NCBI GenBank assembly: GCA_902800055.1
Contig: CADCCW010000002.1
Span: forward strand, 6,169 to 70,168
DNA: 64,000 nt
Direction of reading: 5' to 3'
Source: an uncultured bacterium
Lineage (GTDB): Bacteria; Verrucomicrobiota; Kiritimatiellia; RFP12; UBA1067
Position numbers and translations under genes: made by a program. This document shows, piece by piece, positions 1 to 9,766 of the stretch; position 1 is the stretch's first letter; each line of letters begins with the position of its first letter. The notes below the pieces were generated by a model. That model was not told the origin of the DNA. It saw only the letters and a program-made list of their open reading frames with translations, and did not search any database.

Positions 1-13
1 CGTGCGCTGAGCG

Positions 14-1085
14 ATGAACCGGATTATCCTCAGGAAAGGGCGGGAGCGGAGCGTCGCTAAGGGCCATCCCTGGGTGTTCTCCGGCGCGGTGGAGCGCGGC
101 GAGGCTGCGGCGGGCGAGCTCGTTGAGGTCTGCGACCATTCAGGCGCGAAGATCGCGAGCGGATGGTATTCCCCGTCATCGCAGATCCGCGTGAGGATCG
201 TCCCCGACGCGCCGATCGCTGAACTCGTCGCGGCGGCGGTCGGCCGCCGCGGCGACTTCTTCGCCAACGCCTACACCAACGCGGTGCGGCTCGTGAACGC
301 CGAGAACGACCTGTTGCCCGGCGTCGTCGCCGACTACTACGTCGGACATGTCGTCTGCCAGTTCACCTCGGCCGGCGCCGACGCGCGCAAGAACGAGATC
401 GCCGACGCGCTGATGAAGTTCGCGCCCGGCTGTCTCGGCGTCTCGGAGCGCCTGGACGTCGACTCGCGCGCGAAGGAGGGGCTGCCGACGGCGCCGGCGT
501 TCTCCGTCCTCGTCGGCGCGGAGCCGCCGGAGTTTGTGGAGATCGCGGAAGGCCCGTGCAGGTTCCTCGTCGACGTCAGGAAGGGACACAAGACTGGCTT
601 CTACCTCGACCAGCGCGACGCCCGCGCCGCGGTCGGCGCGCTCGCGGACGGGGCGGACGTCCTCAACTGCTTTGCCTACACCGGCGGTTTCGGGCTCTTC
701 GCGCGCGCCGCCGGCGCGGCGAAGGTGACGCAGGTCGATGTCTCCGCTGACGCGCTTGCGCTCGCGAAGCGCAACGAGGGGCTCGTCCGATCCGCCGAAG
801 TTCGCCGCGACGAAGGGCCAGCTCATGAAGGCCGCGCGCGGGTACAAGGACATCAACCTCCTTGCGATGAAGCTCCTGAAGCCCTACGGCCGCCTCGCAA
901 CATTCTCCTGCTCGGGCGCGGTTTCGCCGGAGTTCTTCGACACTATCCTCTCCGAGGCCGCGGCCGACGCACACCGATCGTTCCAGGTGACGGCGCGCAC
1001 CCGCGCAGGGGCCGACCACCCGGTCGCGCTCGCCTTCCCGGAAGGCGCCTACCTCAAGGGCGCGGTGCTGACCGCGCTCGACTGA
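14..1085 (+). pseudogene. rlmI: 23S rRNA m5C1962 methyltransferase RlmI-like gene, disrupted (N-terminal part in frame of nt 14, C-terminal part in frame of nt 738; junction ~785-788)
   Basis: N-terminal 257 aa (PUA-like domain, HPWVFSG, HKTGFYLDQRD, NCF(S/A)YTGGF) and C-terminal 99 aa (DPPKF..KGQLMKAARGYKDINLLAMKLL..TFSCSG..ADHPV..PEGAYLKG) both match RlmI. About 27 aa between ..AKRNEGL and DPPKF.. are missing and the two parts are in different frames; the downstream part of frame 1 is Arg-rich nonsense. Confidence 0.6.
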
Positions 1086-1110
1086 TTCAAAACACCAAGG
1101 AGCAACGACA

Positions 1111-2994
1111 ATGACAAGAATCGCATCGGCAGCCGTTTTGTTCGTGGCGGTCGCCGTGCAGGCCGCTGCGCCTGCGGACCGGGCGGCGGCGCGGGACTGG
1201 TTCTTCGACAACGTCTACGGGCGGCGTCCCTCCGCCGCCGAGAAGGCGGAGGCGAGGTTCAGCGAGGTCGATCCGCCGCGCGAGACGATGGACGGAAAGG
1301 CGATTCGCCGCAAGGTGAAGGTCGAGTATTCCGGGCCTCTCGGAGATGGCTCGTTCACGTTTCTTGCGTTCATCCCGAAGTCGGGCAAACCGGTGCCGGC
1401 GTCGGTTCTTCTCTGCAACCGGCCGGAGGCGATGCCGATCGACGAGAACGATGAGAAGGCGACGACCGACTTCTGGCCGCGGGACGAGATAGTTCGCCGC
1501 GGCTACGCGGCGATAGCCTTTTACCTGAGCGACCTCGCCTCCGAGACCTACAGGTCCGAGACCGCGCTCACGAGCGGCGTCTTCAAGGCTTTCGGACCGA
1601 AGTACGCCGAGCGGAAGCCGTCCGACTGGGGCGTCCTCTCCGCCTGGGCGTGGGGGGCGAGCAGGGTGATGGACTGGATCGAGCGGACGCCGGAGCTGGA
1701 CGCCAAGAAGGTGATGGTGGTCGGTCATTCGCGCGGCGGCAAGTGCGCGCTCGTCGCCGGCATCGCCGACGAGCGCTTTGCGATGGTGTGCGCCAACGAC
1801 TCCGGGTGCGGCGGGGCGAAGCTCAATAAGATGGATCTGCCGAAGAGCGAGCCATGGGACGCCTTCCGCTACTGGGGGGTGGGCTATTGGTTCGCGGCGG
1901 GCTACGAGCGCGTGTTCTGCAACGGCGCGGACAAGTCCGCCCCCTACGACCAGGACGATTGGCTCGCCCTCGTCTCGCCGCGCATCCTCTGCGTCGGCTC
2001 GGGCGCCGCGGACGACTGGGCCGGACCCGAGGCAGAGTGCGCCGCGGCGAAGTCCGCCGAGACTGCGTGGTGGCGCGACGACGCGCCGGAGAACGTCCAG
2101 TACGGCGTGCGCGAGGGCGGGCACGGCCTTGAGCTTGAAGACTGGCGGCGGTACCTCGACTTCGCCGACGCGCGCTGGCGCGGGCGGACGGTGGTGGTGG
2201 ACGGCAACGACTCCGCGGCGATCCAGCGCGCGCTCGACGCGAAGGAGCGTCCGCTCACGGTGGTGATCCCGAAGGGCGTCTACGACGTCACCTCGACCCT
2301 TCGCGTCGGCTCGCACACCACCATCAAGGCTCATCCCGAGACGCGGCTGGTGCTGAACGGCGGCGTCCGGCGCCGGGCCGGGGACTTCCTCCTCTCGAAC
2401 GCGGACGAGAAGGGCGGCAACGAGGACATCGCCATCGAGGGCGGCGTCTGGGACGGCGCGCCATTCAATTTCATGAATGTCAAAAATTTCCGTCTCTACG
2501 ACATGACGCTTGCTGACTCCGTGATCGGCGACGTGCACTTCCTCGGAGTCGACGGCTTCGACGTCCGTCGCATCAAGATCGTCTCGCCCGTTCTCGGGAG
2601 GTGCGGATTGGCGCTCGGCAGGCTCGTGCACGACATGGCGGTGGAAGTGGCAACGGCCAACGCCACGCCCAAAATGTGGTTCGACGAAAAGCAGAAGAAG
2701 GTAGTCCCGCGTTCCGGCAATGATCTCATGCAGGACGAGAAGGATCTTGTCGTCGTCTGCCGCGAATGCGCGCAAAGGTGCGTCCCTATGGAGCAGGTGC
2801 TCGGCATGATGAAACCCGGTGCGTTCTCGGGGTCGGAGTTCGAAATAAGGGGCGGCGGCGTAGTTGTCGGGATGCGCCGTCTTTCCGACGGACGCGTCGC
2901 GAAGGCGTACTTCAACTTCGCGGATGAGTGCCGCGAGGCGGACGGAATTTTCCTTCCGCCGCATTTTGCCCGGTTGTCGTCGCCCGAATTGTGA
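1111..2994 (+). CDS. secreted carbohydrate esterase, CE15 glucuronoyl-esterase-like domain fused to a pectate-lyase-like beta-helix domain
   Basis: Signal peptide. GHSRGGKCAL (GxSxG nucleophile motif in the CE15-like context ..SAWAWGASRVMDWIE..), CANDSGCGGA. C-terminal ~250 aa has beta-helix-like repeats (TVVIPKGVYDVTSTLRVGSHTTIKAH..IEGGVWDG). Full 627-aa ORF in one frame. Confidence 0.55.
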   Translation: MTRIASAAVLFVAVAVQAAAPADRAAARDWFFDNVYGRRPSAAEKAEARFSEVDPPRETMDGKAIRRKVKVEYSGPLGDGSFTFLAFIPKSGKPVPASVLLCNRPEAMPIDENDEKATTDFWPRDEIVRRGYAAIAFYLSDLASETYRSETALTSGVFKAFGPKYAERKPSDWGVLSAWAWGASRVMDWIERTPELDAKKVMVVGHSRGGKCALVAGIADERFAMVCANDSGCGGAKLNKMDLPKSEPWDAFRYWGVGYWFAAGYERVFCNGADKSAPYDQDDWLALVSPRILCVGSGAADDWAGPEAECAAAKSAETAWWRDDAPENVQYGVREGGHGLELEDWRRYLDFADARWRGRTVVVDGNDSAAIQRALDAKERPLTVVIPKGVYDVTSTLRVGSHTTIKAHPETRLVLNGGVRRRAGDFLLSNADEKGGNEDIAIEGGVWDGAPFNFMNVKNFRLYDMTLADSVIGDVHFLGVDGFDVRRIKIVSPVLGRCGLALGRLVHDMAVEVATANATPKMWFDEKQKKVVPRSGNDLMQDEKDLVVVCRECAQRCVPMEQVLGMMKPGAFSGSEFEIRGGGVVVGMRRLSDGRVAKAYFNFADECREADGIFLPPHFARLSSPEL

Positions 2995-3064
2995 TATAAT
3001 TCGCTTTATCGCCCGTCCATGGAGGTTCGGACGTAAAATGCAAACAACAAGGAGAACAAGAGAA

Positions 3065-4228
3065 ATGATGCACCTGAAAGCGAAGCATGTTGCGGCGGCG
3101 GTTGCCGCGGCGGCGCTGATTGGCTGTTCCGACAGCGGCGACTCAGAGGAGAGGGCCAACCTCTCCGCCGAGGCGGTTGCGGCGGCGAAGGCGGCCGGCT
3201 GCGACCTCGAGGCGGTGAAGGGGAAGGAACTCCACATCTATACCTGGAGCGACTACCTTTCTCCCGACGTGCAGCGCTCGTTCGAGGAGGCGCTGGGGGT
3301 GAAGGTGGTCATCGACACCTTCGACTCCAACGAGGCTATGTACGCCAAGCTCAAGGCCGGCGGCACCGGCTACGACATCATTACACCGAGTTCCTACCAG
3401 ATCGCGACGATGGCGCGCGAGGGTATGATCGAGCAGCTTGACCAGTCGAAGATACCGAACGTCAAGAGCAACTTCGACTCTTCGTTCGCCGAGCAGATCG
3501 TCGACCCCTCGTTCACCTGGAGCGTTCCCTACGCCGTCACCTATACCGGACTCGCCTACCTGAAGGCCAAGGTGCCGGAAGGCGTCGACGTCGACACCTG
3601 GGCGGTGCTCGGAAACCCTGCGTTCAAGGGTCGGGTCACGCTGCTGGACGACATCCGCGAGGTAATCGGCTGCGGGCTCATGTACCTCGGCTACTCCATC
3701 AACTCCACCGATCCCAAGGAGATAGACGCGGCGGTAGAACAGGTGCTCAAGTGGCGCGCGAACATCCGCAAGTTCGACGGCGAGAGCTACAAGACCGAAG
3801 TGCCCAACGGATCGACCTGGATCGGCCATGGCTACTCCACCGACGTCGCCCAGGTGATCGTCGGCGACGAGGAGGCCGGCGCGCCGCCGCGCGAAGACGT
3901 CGGCTTCGCGCTGCCGAAGGAGGGCTTCTCGATCGCGTTCGACGAGATGGTGGTGGCCAAGAACTCGAAGCAGGCCGACCTCGCCTACGCTTTCATCAAC
4001 TATCTCTACGAGGGCAAGGTCGCCGCCGCGAACATGGAATACATCTGCGGCCCGAACCCGGTCAAGCCCGGCATCGACATGCTCGACGAGGACTACCGCA
4101 CGCTCATCACGCTGCCGGCCGACAAGCTCAAGCTCGGCCAGGTGCTCAAGGGCTTCGACGGCCAGCCGGAGGTGCAGGCGCTCTACAACCGCGCCTGGGA
4201 CCGCATCAAGGCGACCGAGGCGAAGTAG
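3065..4228 (+). CDS. extracellular solute-binding lipoprotein, spermidine/putrescine PotD/PotF-like (SBP family 1)
   Basis: Lipobox LIGC after an N-terminal hydrophobic stretch. LHIYTWSDYL..VVIDTFDSNEAMYAKL..GYDIITPSSYQI matches PotD-type binding proteins. Start taken at the ATG pair at 3065/3068; the track ORF starts upstream at 2864. Confidence 0.7.
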   Translation: MMHLKAKHVAAAVAAAALIGCSDSGDSEERANLSAEAVAAAKAAGCDLEAVKGKELHIYTWSDYLSPDVQRSFEEALGVKVVIDTFDSNEAMYAKLKAGGTGYDIITPSSYQIATMAREGMIEQLDQSKIPNVKSNFDSSFAEQIVDPSFTWSVPYAVTYTGLAYLKAKVPEGVDVDTWAVLGNPAFKGRVTLLDDIREVIGCGLMYLGYSINSTDPKEIDAAVEQVLKWRANIRKFDGESYKTEVPNGSTWIGHGYSTDVAQVIVGDEEAGAPPREDVGFALPKEGFSIAFDEMVVAKNSKQADLAYAFINYLYEGKVAAANMEYICGPNPVKPGIDMLDEDYRTLITLPADKLKLGQVLKGFDGQPEVQALYNRAWDRIKATEAK

Positions 4229-4244
4229 TCCGCCGGCGCGGCTG

Positions 4245-5066
4245 ATGGAATTCGCGCTCTCCACCAACTGGTGCTGCCGGCGGATCGAATCCGGCGAGGC
4301 GATCGCCGACAAGGCGCTCGAGCTCGGGTTCGACGCCGTTGAGCTCGGGTTCCACACCACGGTCGAGCAGGCGGCGGGCTTCCGCCGCTCGCTCGACAGG
4401 GTCAAGGTGGGGAGCGTCCACGCGTTCTGCCCGGTGCCGCTGAGTGCGCCGGAGGGCTATCCCGAGCTCTACCAGCTCGCCTCGCTCGACGAGGACGCGC
4501 GGCGCATCGCCCGCGTCCACGTGATGCGCAACGTCGAGTTCGCGGCGTCGATGGGTGCGGATGTGGTGGTGCTGCACGCCGGGCGCGTAGACTGCGGTGG
4601 CTGGCTGAAGGGACGGAAGATGAAGCGCCGCGTCCGCCGCGGCCAGCGGCTCACTGACGTCTTCAGGCGCGAGCTGGAGGCGGTTACGCCAGCGCTCGAG
4701 AAGAACGGCGTTGTGCTCGGGCTCGAGAACCTGCCGTACCTTGAGGGCTACCCGGCGGAATGGGAGCTTGCCGACGTGTGTGGTGAATGGGTGCGGCCCT
4801 GGCTCGACACCGGCCACGACCACGTGCGGCGGCTTCGTGGCTGGCGCACGGACGCGGCGGAAATGCCGGAGCCGGTGGGGATGCATCTCAACGACTCCAA
4901 AGGCGGCGACGACCACCTCGCTCCGGGCGAGGGCGACATCGACTTCGCCGCGTTCGCCGAGCTCGCGCGCTCGACGCGGCATTTGGTGCTGGAGCCGGCG
5001 CATTCAGTCTCTGAGGACTCGCTTCGCGCGGGGCTTGCGCATCTGAAGCAGATTTGGAACGCTTAG
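4245..5066 (+). CDS. sugar phosphate isomerase/epimerase (xylose-isomerase-like TIM barrel)
   Basis: 273-aa ORF; GFDAVELGF..VVVLHAG..LGLENLP pattern typical of the AP-endonuclease-2/xylose-isomerase-like fold. Confidence 0.55.
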   Translation: MEFALSTNWCCRRIESGEAIADKALELGFDAVELGFHTTVEQAAGFRRSLDRVKVGSVHAFCPVPLSAPEGYPELYQLASLDEDARRIARVHVMRNVEFAASMGADVVVLHAGRVDCGGWLKGRKMKRRVRRGQRLTDVFRRELEAVTPALEKNGVVLGLENLPYLEGYPAEWELADVCGEWVRPWLDTGHDHVRRLRGWRTDAAEMPEPVGMHLNDSKGGDDHLAPGEGDIDFAAFAELARSTRHLVLEPAHSVSEDSLRAGLAHLKQIWNA

Positions 5067-5102
5067 TAAACTGATAAACAGATAACAGAAAAGGGGTATC
5101 AA

Positions 5103-6215
5103 ATGGATCTTTCGGTGCTGGTCAACAAGTTCAACGTGAAGGGCAGTCTGGTGGCGCTGGAGCCGTTCGGGAGCGGCAACATCAACGACACGTACCTCGC
5201 GATCTACCGCAACACCTTTACCGAGACGCAGGTCATCCTGCAGCGGGTGAACCGCAAGGTTTTCCCGCAGCCGGAGGCGATCATGGCGAACATGCACGAG
5301 GTGACGCGCCACTGCCACGAGAAGCTGGCGACGGATTCGGCATCGGGCCGCGACGACCGCGTCTGGCAGATGCCGCGGATCGTCAAGGCCAAGGACTCGC
5401 GCGACTACGTGGTCGACGAATCCGGCGACGTGTGGCGCGTGATCACCCGCATCATGTCCGCCCACGCCTTCGATGTCGCGCAGGGCCCCGAGCACGCGCT
5501 CGAGTGCGGCTCCGCGCTCGGCCACTTCCACTACCTCATCTCCGACCTCGACCCGAAGTGCATCATCGACCCGCTGCCCGGCTTCCACGTCACCGCCGGC
5601 TACATGCGCGCATACGACGAGACTCTCGCCACCCCGCGCGCGAAGGAACTCCTCGACTCGTCGATGGAGGCGCGGCGGATGGCCAAGTTCGTGGAGGAGC
5701 GCCGCGGTCTCGCGGCCTGCCTCGAGAAGGCGGAGGCGTCCGGCGAGCTCGTCAAGCGGATGTTCCACGGCGACCCCAAGGTGAACAACATAATGATCGA
5801 CGACGTGACCGGCAAGGGCACGGCGATGATCGACCTCGACACCGTCTCGCCGGGACTCGTCCACATAGACTTCGGCGACGCCCTGCGCTCGATCTGCAAC
5901 CCAGCCGGCGAGGAGGCGACGAACCTCTCGCAGGTGGTCTTCGACGAGGACCTTGCGACGGCGTTCTGCAAGGGCTACATGCGCGAGGCGGGTTCGTTCA
6001 TGACCGACGCCGACCGCGCCTACCTCTACGACTCGATCCGCCTGCTGCCGTTTGAGCTGGGGCTCAGGTTCTTCCAGGACTTCCTCGCCGGCGACGTCTA
6101 CTTCAAGACCTCGACGCCGGGGCAGAACCTCAACCGCGCCCGCGTGCAGTTCCGCCTCTGCGAGTCGGTGGAGGCACGCGAACGCTCGATCCGCACCATG
6201 CTGGAGCGGCTCTAG
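5103..6215 (+). CDS. nahK: N-acetylhexosamine 1-kinase-like protein (APH-fold phosphotransferase, NahK family)
   Basis: Collinear similarity to Bifidobacterium NahK along the whole length: GSGNINDTY (cf. GDGHINTTY), HGDPKVNNIMID..AMIDLDTVSPG..IDFGDALRS, GLRFFQDFLAGDVYFKT..NLNRARVQFRL. Confidence 0.75.
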   Translation: MDLSVLVNKFNVKGSLVALEPFGSGNINDTYLAIYRNTFTETQVILQRVNRKVFPQPEAIMANMHEVTRHCHEKLATDSASGRDDRVWQMPRIVKAKDSRDYVVDESGDVWRVITRIMSAHAFDVAQGPEHALECGSALGHFHYLISDLDPKCIIDPLPGFHVTAGYMRAYDETLATPRAKELLDSSMEARRMAKFVEERRGLAACLEKAEASGELVKRMFHGDPKVNNIMIDDVTGKGTAMIDLDTVSPGLVHIDFGDALRSICNPAGEEATNLSQVVFDEDLATAFCKGYMREAGSFMTDADRAYLYDSIRLLPFELGLRFFQDFLAGDVYFKTSTPGQNLNRARVQFRLCESVEARERSIRTMLERL

Positions 6216-6220
6216 GGCGT

Positions 6221-6236
6221 ATTTTTGGTATAATAC
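6221..6236 (+). promoter_or_regulatory. extended -10 promoter ATTTTTGGTATAATAC, 8 nt upstream of the prfB ATG (leaderless or near-leaderless)
   Basis: TGGTATAAT preceded by a T-tract; same 15-mer recurs throughout the window. Confidence 0.6.
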
Positions 6237-6242
6237 ACCTAT

Positions 6243-7382
6243 ATGGCAGAAGAGACCAAGCAAAAACTGCTCGAAGCCGAGGAGGTGCGGCAGAAGGTCG
6301 CTGACCTAAAGTCGCGCGTCGGCGAGATGGCCGGCTACATCAAGGTGGAAGAGCGCCGCTCCAAGCTCGCCGCGCTCGAGGCCGAGCAGGCGTCGGCGGA
6401 CTTCTGGAGCAACCAGGCCAAGGCGCGCGAGACGATCGCCGCGACCAACGCCGAGCGCGCATACGTGGTGCCGTTCGACAGCCTCTCGAAGACGGTCGAG
6501 GACGCCGAGGTGATGTTCGAGCTCGCCGAGGCCGAGGAGGGCGAGGCCCGCGAGGCCGCGCTCCGCGACGTGCTCGCCGAGTGCGCCAAGGCCGAGGGCT
6601 TCTTCGCGAAGCTACGTCTCCAGTCGCTGCTCGGCGGCAAGTTCGACCAGTGCAATGTGTTCGTGAAGCTCCACGCCGGCCAGGGCGGCACCGAGGCGTG
6701 CGACTGGGTGGCGATGCTCTACCGCATGTACCAGCGCTACGCCGAGGGCCAGGGCTGGAAGGTCGAGGAGTACGACATCCAGCCCGGCGAAGAGGCCGGC
6801 TACAAGGACGTCTATTTCCGCGTCGAGGGGCCGTATGCATTCGGCATGCTCAAGGCCGAGCGCGGCATCCACCGCCTCGTCAGGATCTCGCCGTTCGACG
6901 CGAACAAACGCCGCCAGACGAGCTTTGCGTCGATGGAGACCGTCGCCGAGATCAACGACGACATCGAGGTCGAGATCAAGGACGAGGATTTGAGGGTCGA
7001 CACCTACCGCTCCGGCGGCGCCGGCGGCCAGCACGTCAACAAGACCGACTCCGCCGTGCGACTTACGCACCTCCCCACCGGCATCGTCGTCGCCTGCCAG
7101 AAGGAGCGCTCGCAGCACATGAACAAGGAGAAGGCCATGGCGATGCTCAAGGCCCAGCTCTACGAGTACTACGAGGACCAGAAGAAGGCGGAGATGGACC
7201 GCTTCTACGGCGCGAAGAGCGAGAACGGTTGGGGGTCGCAGATCCGCTCCTACGTGTTCTGCCCCTACACCATGGTCAAGGACCTCCGCACCGAGTACGA
7301 GACGAGCGACGTGGACGGGGTGATGGACGGCAACCTGCAGCCGTTCATCGAGGCCTGGCTCCAGATGAAGGCGGCGAAGTGA
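6243..7382 (+). CDS. prfB: peptide chain release factor 2
   Basis: SPF tripeptide motif (RISPFD), GGQ motif, full-length 379-aa ORF in one frame (no programmed +1 frameshift site). Confidence 0.9.
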   Translation: MAEETKQKLLEAEEVRQKVADLKSRVGEMAGYIKVEERRSKLAALEAEQASADFWSNQAKARETIAATNAERAYVVPFDSLSKTVEDAEVMFELAEAEEGEAREAALRDVLAECAKAEGFFAKLRLQSLLGGKFDQCNVFVKLHAGQGGTEACDWVAMLYRMYQRYAEGQGWKVEEYDIQPGEEAGYKDVYFRVEGPYAFGMLKAERGIHRLVRISPFDANKRRQTSFASMETVAEINDDIEVEIKDEDLRVDTYRSGGAGGQHVNKTDSAVRLTHLPTGIVVACQKERSQHMNKEKAMAMLKAQLYEYYEDQKKAEMDRFYGAKSENGWGSQIRSYVFCPYTMVKDLRTEYETSDVDGVMDGNLQPFIEAWLQMKAAK

Positions 7383-7386
7383 TTGG

Positions 7387-7719
7387 ATGGAAGACAGGAA
7401 CCTATACGGCAAGGCAGTCGGCCTGGACCAGCGTGGAATGCACAAGTCCTTCGGCTCGGCTGTCGACGCCGCGTTCAAGGACCTGGTGACCGAGCGCAAC
7501 GAATTCTTTGATTCGCTTGCCGACCGCTGGGCCGCGCTCTTCCCCGGCGTTCCCGCCGTCCCCGGCCGCTACGACGGCGGCATCATCTTCCTCTACGTCC
7601 GCAGCGCGCCGATCCTCTTCTCGCTGCGGCCGAAGCTGCGCGCGATGGCGCGCCGCCTCGCCGCGCTCCCGGGCGCGCCGAAGCGCGTGGACCTGCGGCT
7701 GGAGATCCACTCGCGATGA
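7387..7719 (+). CDS. DUF721 (DciA-like) domain protein
   Basis: 110 aa; WAALFPGV..GGIIFLYVRSAPILFSLRPKLRAMARRL pattern typical of DUF721. Confidence 0.45.
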   Translation: MEDRNLYGKAVGLDQRGMHKSFGSAVDAAFKDLVTERNEFFDSLADRWAALFPGVPAVPGRYDGGIIFLYVRSAPILFSLRPKLRAMARRLAALPGAPKRVDLRLEIHSR

Positions 7720-9182
7720 CGGTTGCCGCGGCAGTTCTGGTCGCGGCGGCGTTCACGCGTCCGCTCGAGCGCGTCTCCACCATGGACCCGGCGATGGCCC
7801 AGAGCGCCTACGACGCGCGCGCGGTCCAGCTCGTCTACGAGACCCCGCTTTCGATTGACTACGTGGCGCGCCCCTACCGGCTCGCGCCAGGGCTCTGCGA
7901 AATGCCGGAGGTGTCCGAGGACGGGCTCAGGTACGTCTTCCGCCTCGCCCCGCGCCCCGCGCCGCGCCGCGTCTTCGCCGGCGACATGGTGCGCGCGCTC
8001 GAGCGGCTCAGGTCGAAGGAGGAGGTCTCGCCGAACGGCTGGATGATGGCGGACGTGGACACCGTGCGCGCAATCGACGACATGACGGTGGAAATCCGCC
8101 TGAAGCGGCGCGTGCGCCACTTTCCGTGGCTGATGGCGCTCGCGCCCGCCGCGGTGAAGGCCGCGGACGGCTCCGGCACCGGACCCTACGAGCTCGTCAA
8201 GTGGCGCAAGAACCACGAGATGGTCTTCGAGCGCCGCCCGGGACCGGACGGCGCGCCTTACTCCGGCGACGGCTTCTCGACCGTCAGGTACCTGGTGGTG
8301 GACGACCTCTCTACCCAGTGGCTCATGTTCCTCCGCGGCGAACTCGACTTCCTCGGCGACGTCTCGCGCGACAACTTCGACGCGGTGGTGGGGAAGGACG
8401 GCAAGCTCTCGCCAGAACTCGAGCGGAAAGGGATGAGGCTCTACTCCATGCCTATGCTGGAGGTCGCCTACGTAGGGGTCAATATGCGCGACCGGGTGCT
8501 CGGCCAGAACCGCTCCTTGAGGCAGGCGCTCAACTGCGCCTTCGACTTCCCGGAGTGGGCGAAGTTCTGCAACGGCAGGGTCGCGCCGTCCGACGGCCCG
8601 GTGCCGCCAGGCGTCGCCGACCGGCTGGAGACGCCGTTCGCCTACTCCTTCGATCTCGACCGCGCGCGGCGGCTGATGGCCGAGGCCGGCTACGCGGGCG
8701 GAATCGATCCGGCGACCGGCCGCCGGCTCACCCTGTCGCTCGCCATCGGGCGTCCTTCCCAGGAGAGCCGTGCCGCCGGCGAGCTGATGGCGGCGTTCTA
8801 CGAGCGCATCGGCATCAGGCTGGAGCTGGACTTCATGACTTGGGACGCGTTCCTGAGCGCGGTCAACGAAGGGCGCGTGCAGCTCTACCGGATGGCGTGG
8901 GTGGGCGACTACCCCGACGCACAGAACTTCCTGCAGCTTTTCTACGGACCCAACGCCTCGCCCGGCGTGAACCACTCCAACTTCGCGAACGCCGAGTTCG
9001 ACGCGGCGTACGAGCGCGACGACTGGCGCCGCTGCCAGGAGGTCGTGCGCGAGGAGTGTCCGTGGATATTCACTGGCTACAACAAGTCGTTCACGCTCGT
9101 CGGGCCAAGGGTCGGGAACTTCGTCCAGACCGACTTCCCCTACGGCGTGGAGCAGTACTTCAGGCTCAAAGAGGCGAAATGA
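7716..9182 (+). CDS. ABC transporter substrate-binding protein, family 5 (Opp/Dpp-like)
   Basis: 488 aa; hydrophobic N-terminus; central and C-terminal regions (YRMAWVGDYPDAQNFLQLFY..) typical of SBP_bac_5. Confidence 0.6.
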   Translation: MTVAAAVLVAAAFTRPLERVSTMDPAMAQSAYDARAVQLVYETPLSIDYVARPYRLAPGLCEMPEVSEDGLRYVFRLAPRPAPRRVFAGDMVRALERLRSKEEVSPNGWMMADVDTVRAIDDMTVEIRLKRRVRHFPWLMALAPAAVKAADGSGTGPYELVKWRKNHEMVFERRPGPDGAPYSGDGFSTVRYLVVDDLSTQWLMFLRGELDFLGDVSRDNFDAVVGKDGKLSPELERKGMRLYSMPMLEVAYVGVNMRDRVLGQNRSLRQALNCAFDFPEWAKFCNGRVAPSDGPVPPGVADRLETPFAYSFDLDRARRLMAEAGYAGGIDPATGRRLTLSLAIGRPSQESRAAGELMAAFYERIGIRLELDFMTWDAFLSAVNEGRVQLYRMAWVGDYPDAQNFLQLFYGPNASPGVNHSNFANAEFDAAYERDDWRRCQEVVREECPWIFTGYNKSFTLVGPRVGNFVQTDFPYGVEQYFRLKEAK

Positions 9183-9718
9183 AGACGGTATACATCGAGA
9201 AGTCGTGCGGTCCGGCGCGTGACGGCGCCTGGACGGCGGAACTGGACCTTGCCGGCGCGGAGCGCATCGTCGTCGGCACCGGTCCCGGCAGCTTCGCCGG
9301 CGTGCGCGCGGCAATCGCCTTCGCGACCGGCTACTCGGTCGGGAGCGGCTGCGAGGTGCTGGGTCTGCCGTCGCCCTGCGCTGTCGCCGGCGCGGCGGAC
9401 TCGTTTCCGCTCGCGGTGGTCGGCGACGCGCGGAAGGGGATGCGCTGGCTCGCGCTCTTCGACGGTGGCGAGCGTGGCGCGCCGGAGGTGCGGCTCCTCT
9501 CCGAGCCGGAGCTGAAGGACGCGGTGCCGTCTGCGGCAAAAGTGGTCTCGCCCGACCACGCGCGCATTGGCGAATCACTCGCCGCGGTGTTCGGCGAACG
9601 CTACCTCGGCGAGCGCAGACCGACCGCCGAAGGACTCCGCGCCTACGCCGAGGCGCATCCCGCCGCGCTCGCGCCAGAGCCGCGCCCAATCTACCTTTCG
9701 CCCGCCGTGCGTGATTGA
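9179..9718 (+). CDS. tsaB: tRNA threonylcarbamoyladenosine biosynthesis protein TsaB-like (short form)
   Basis: VVGTGPGSFAGVRAAIAFATG matches the TsaB/YeaZ signature GxGPGSFTGxRxG. ATG at 9179 overlaps the stop of the upstream gene (ATGA). The track ORF 8126..9718 is an over-extension of this frame. Confidence 0.55.
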   Translation: MKTVYIEKSCGPARDGAWTAELDLAGAERIVVGTGPGSFAGVRAAIAFATGYSVGSGCEVLGLPSPCAVAGAADSFPLAVVGDARKGMRWLALFDGGERGAPEVRLLSEPELKDAVPSAAKVVSPDHARIGESLAAVFGERYLGERRPTAEGLRAYAEAHPAALAPEPRPIYLSPAVRD

Positions 9719-9742
9719 GCAAAACGCCGCTTTGTCCATGGG

Positions 9743-9758
9743 AAAAATGGTATAATAC
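9743..9758 (+). promoter_or_regulatory. extended -10 promoter AAAAATGGTATAATAC, 10 nt upstream of the dxr ATG
   Basis: Conserved TGGTATAATAC element. Confidence 0.55.
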
Positions 9759-9766
9759 ACGTTCAA

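Noticed and set aside
6243-7382. Programmed +1 frameshift site in prfB
   Set aside because: RF2 is encoded as a single uninterrupted 379-aa ORF; no in-frame UGA near codon 26.
8126-9718. Over-long + strand ORFs whose 5' parts overlap the preceding gene (8126..9718, 29245..32235, 44244..45962, 2864..4228, 38573..39430, 52730..53944, 55338..57095, 62173..63378).
   Set aside because: Only the 3' portions match protein families (TsaB, GH97, ABC ATPase, etc.). Plausible internal start codons with promoters or SDs exist, and the 44244 frame reads through three tRNA genes.
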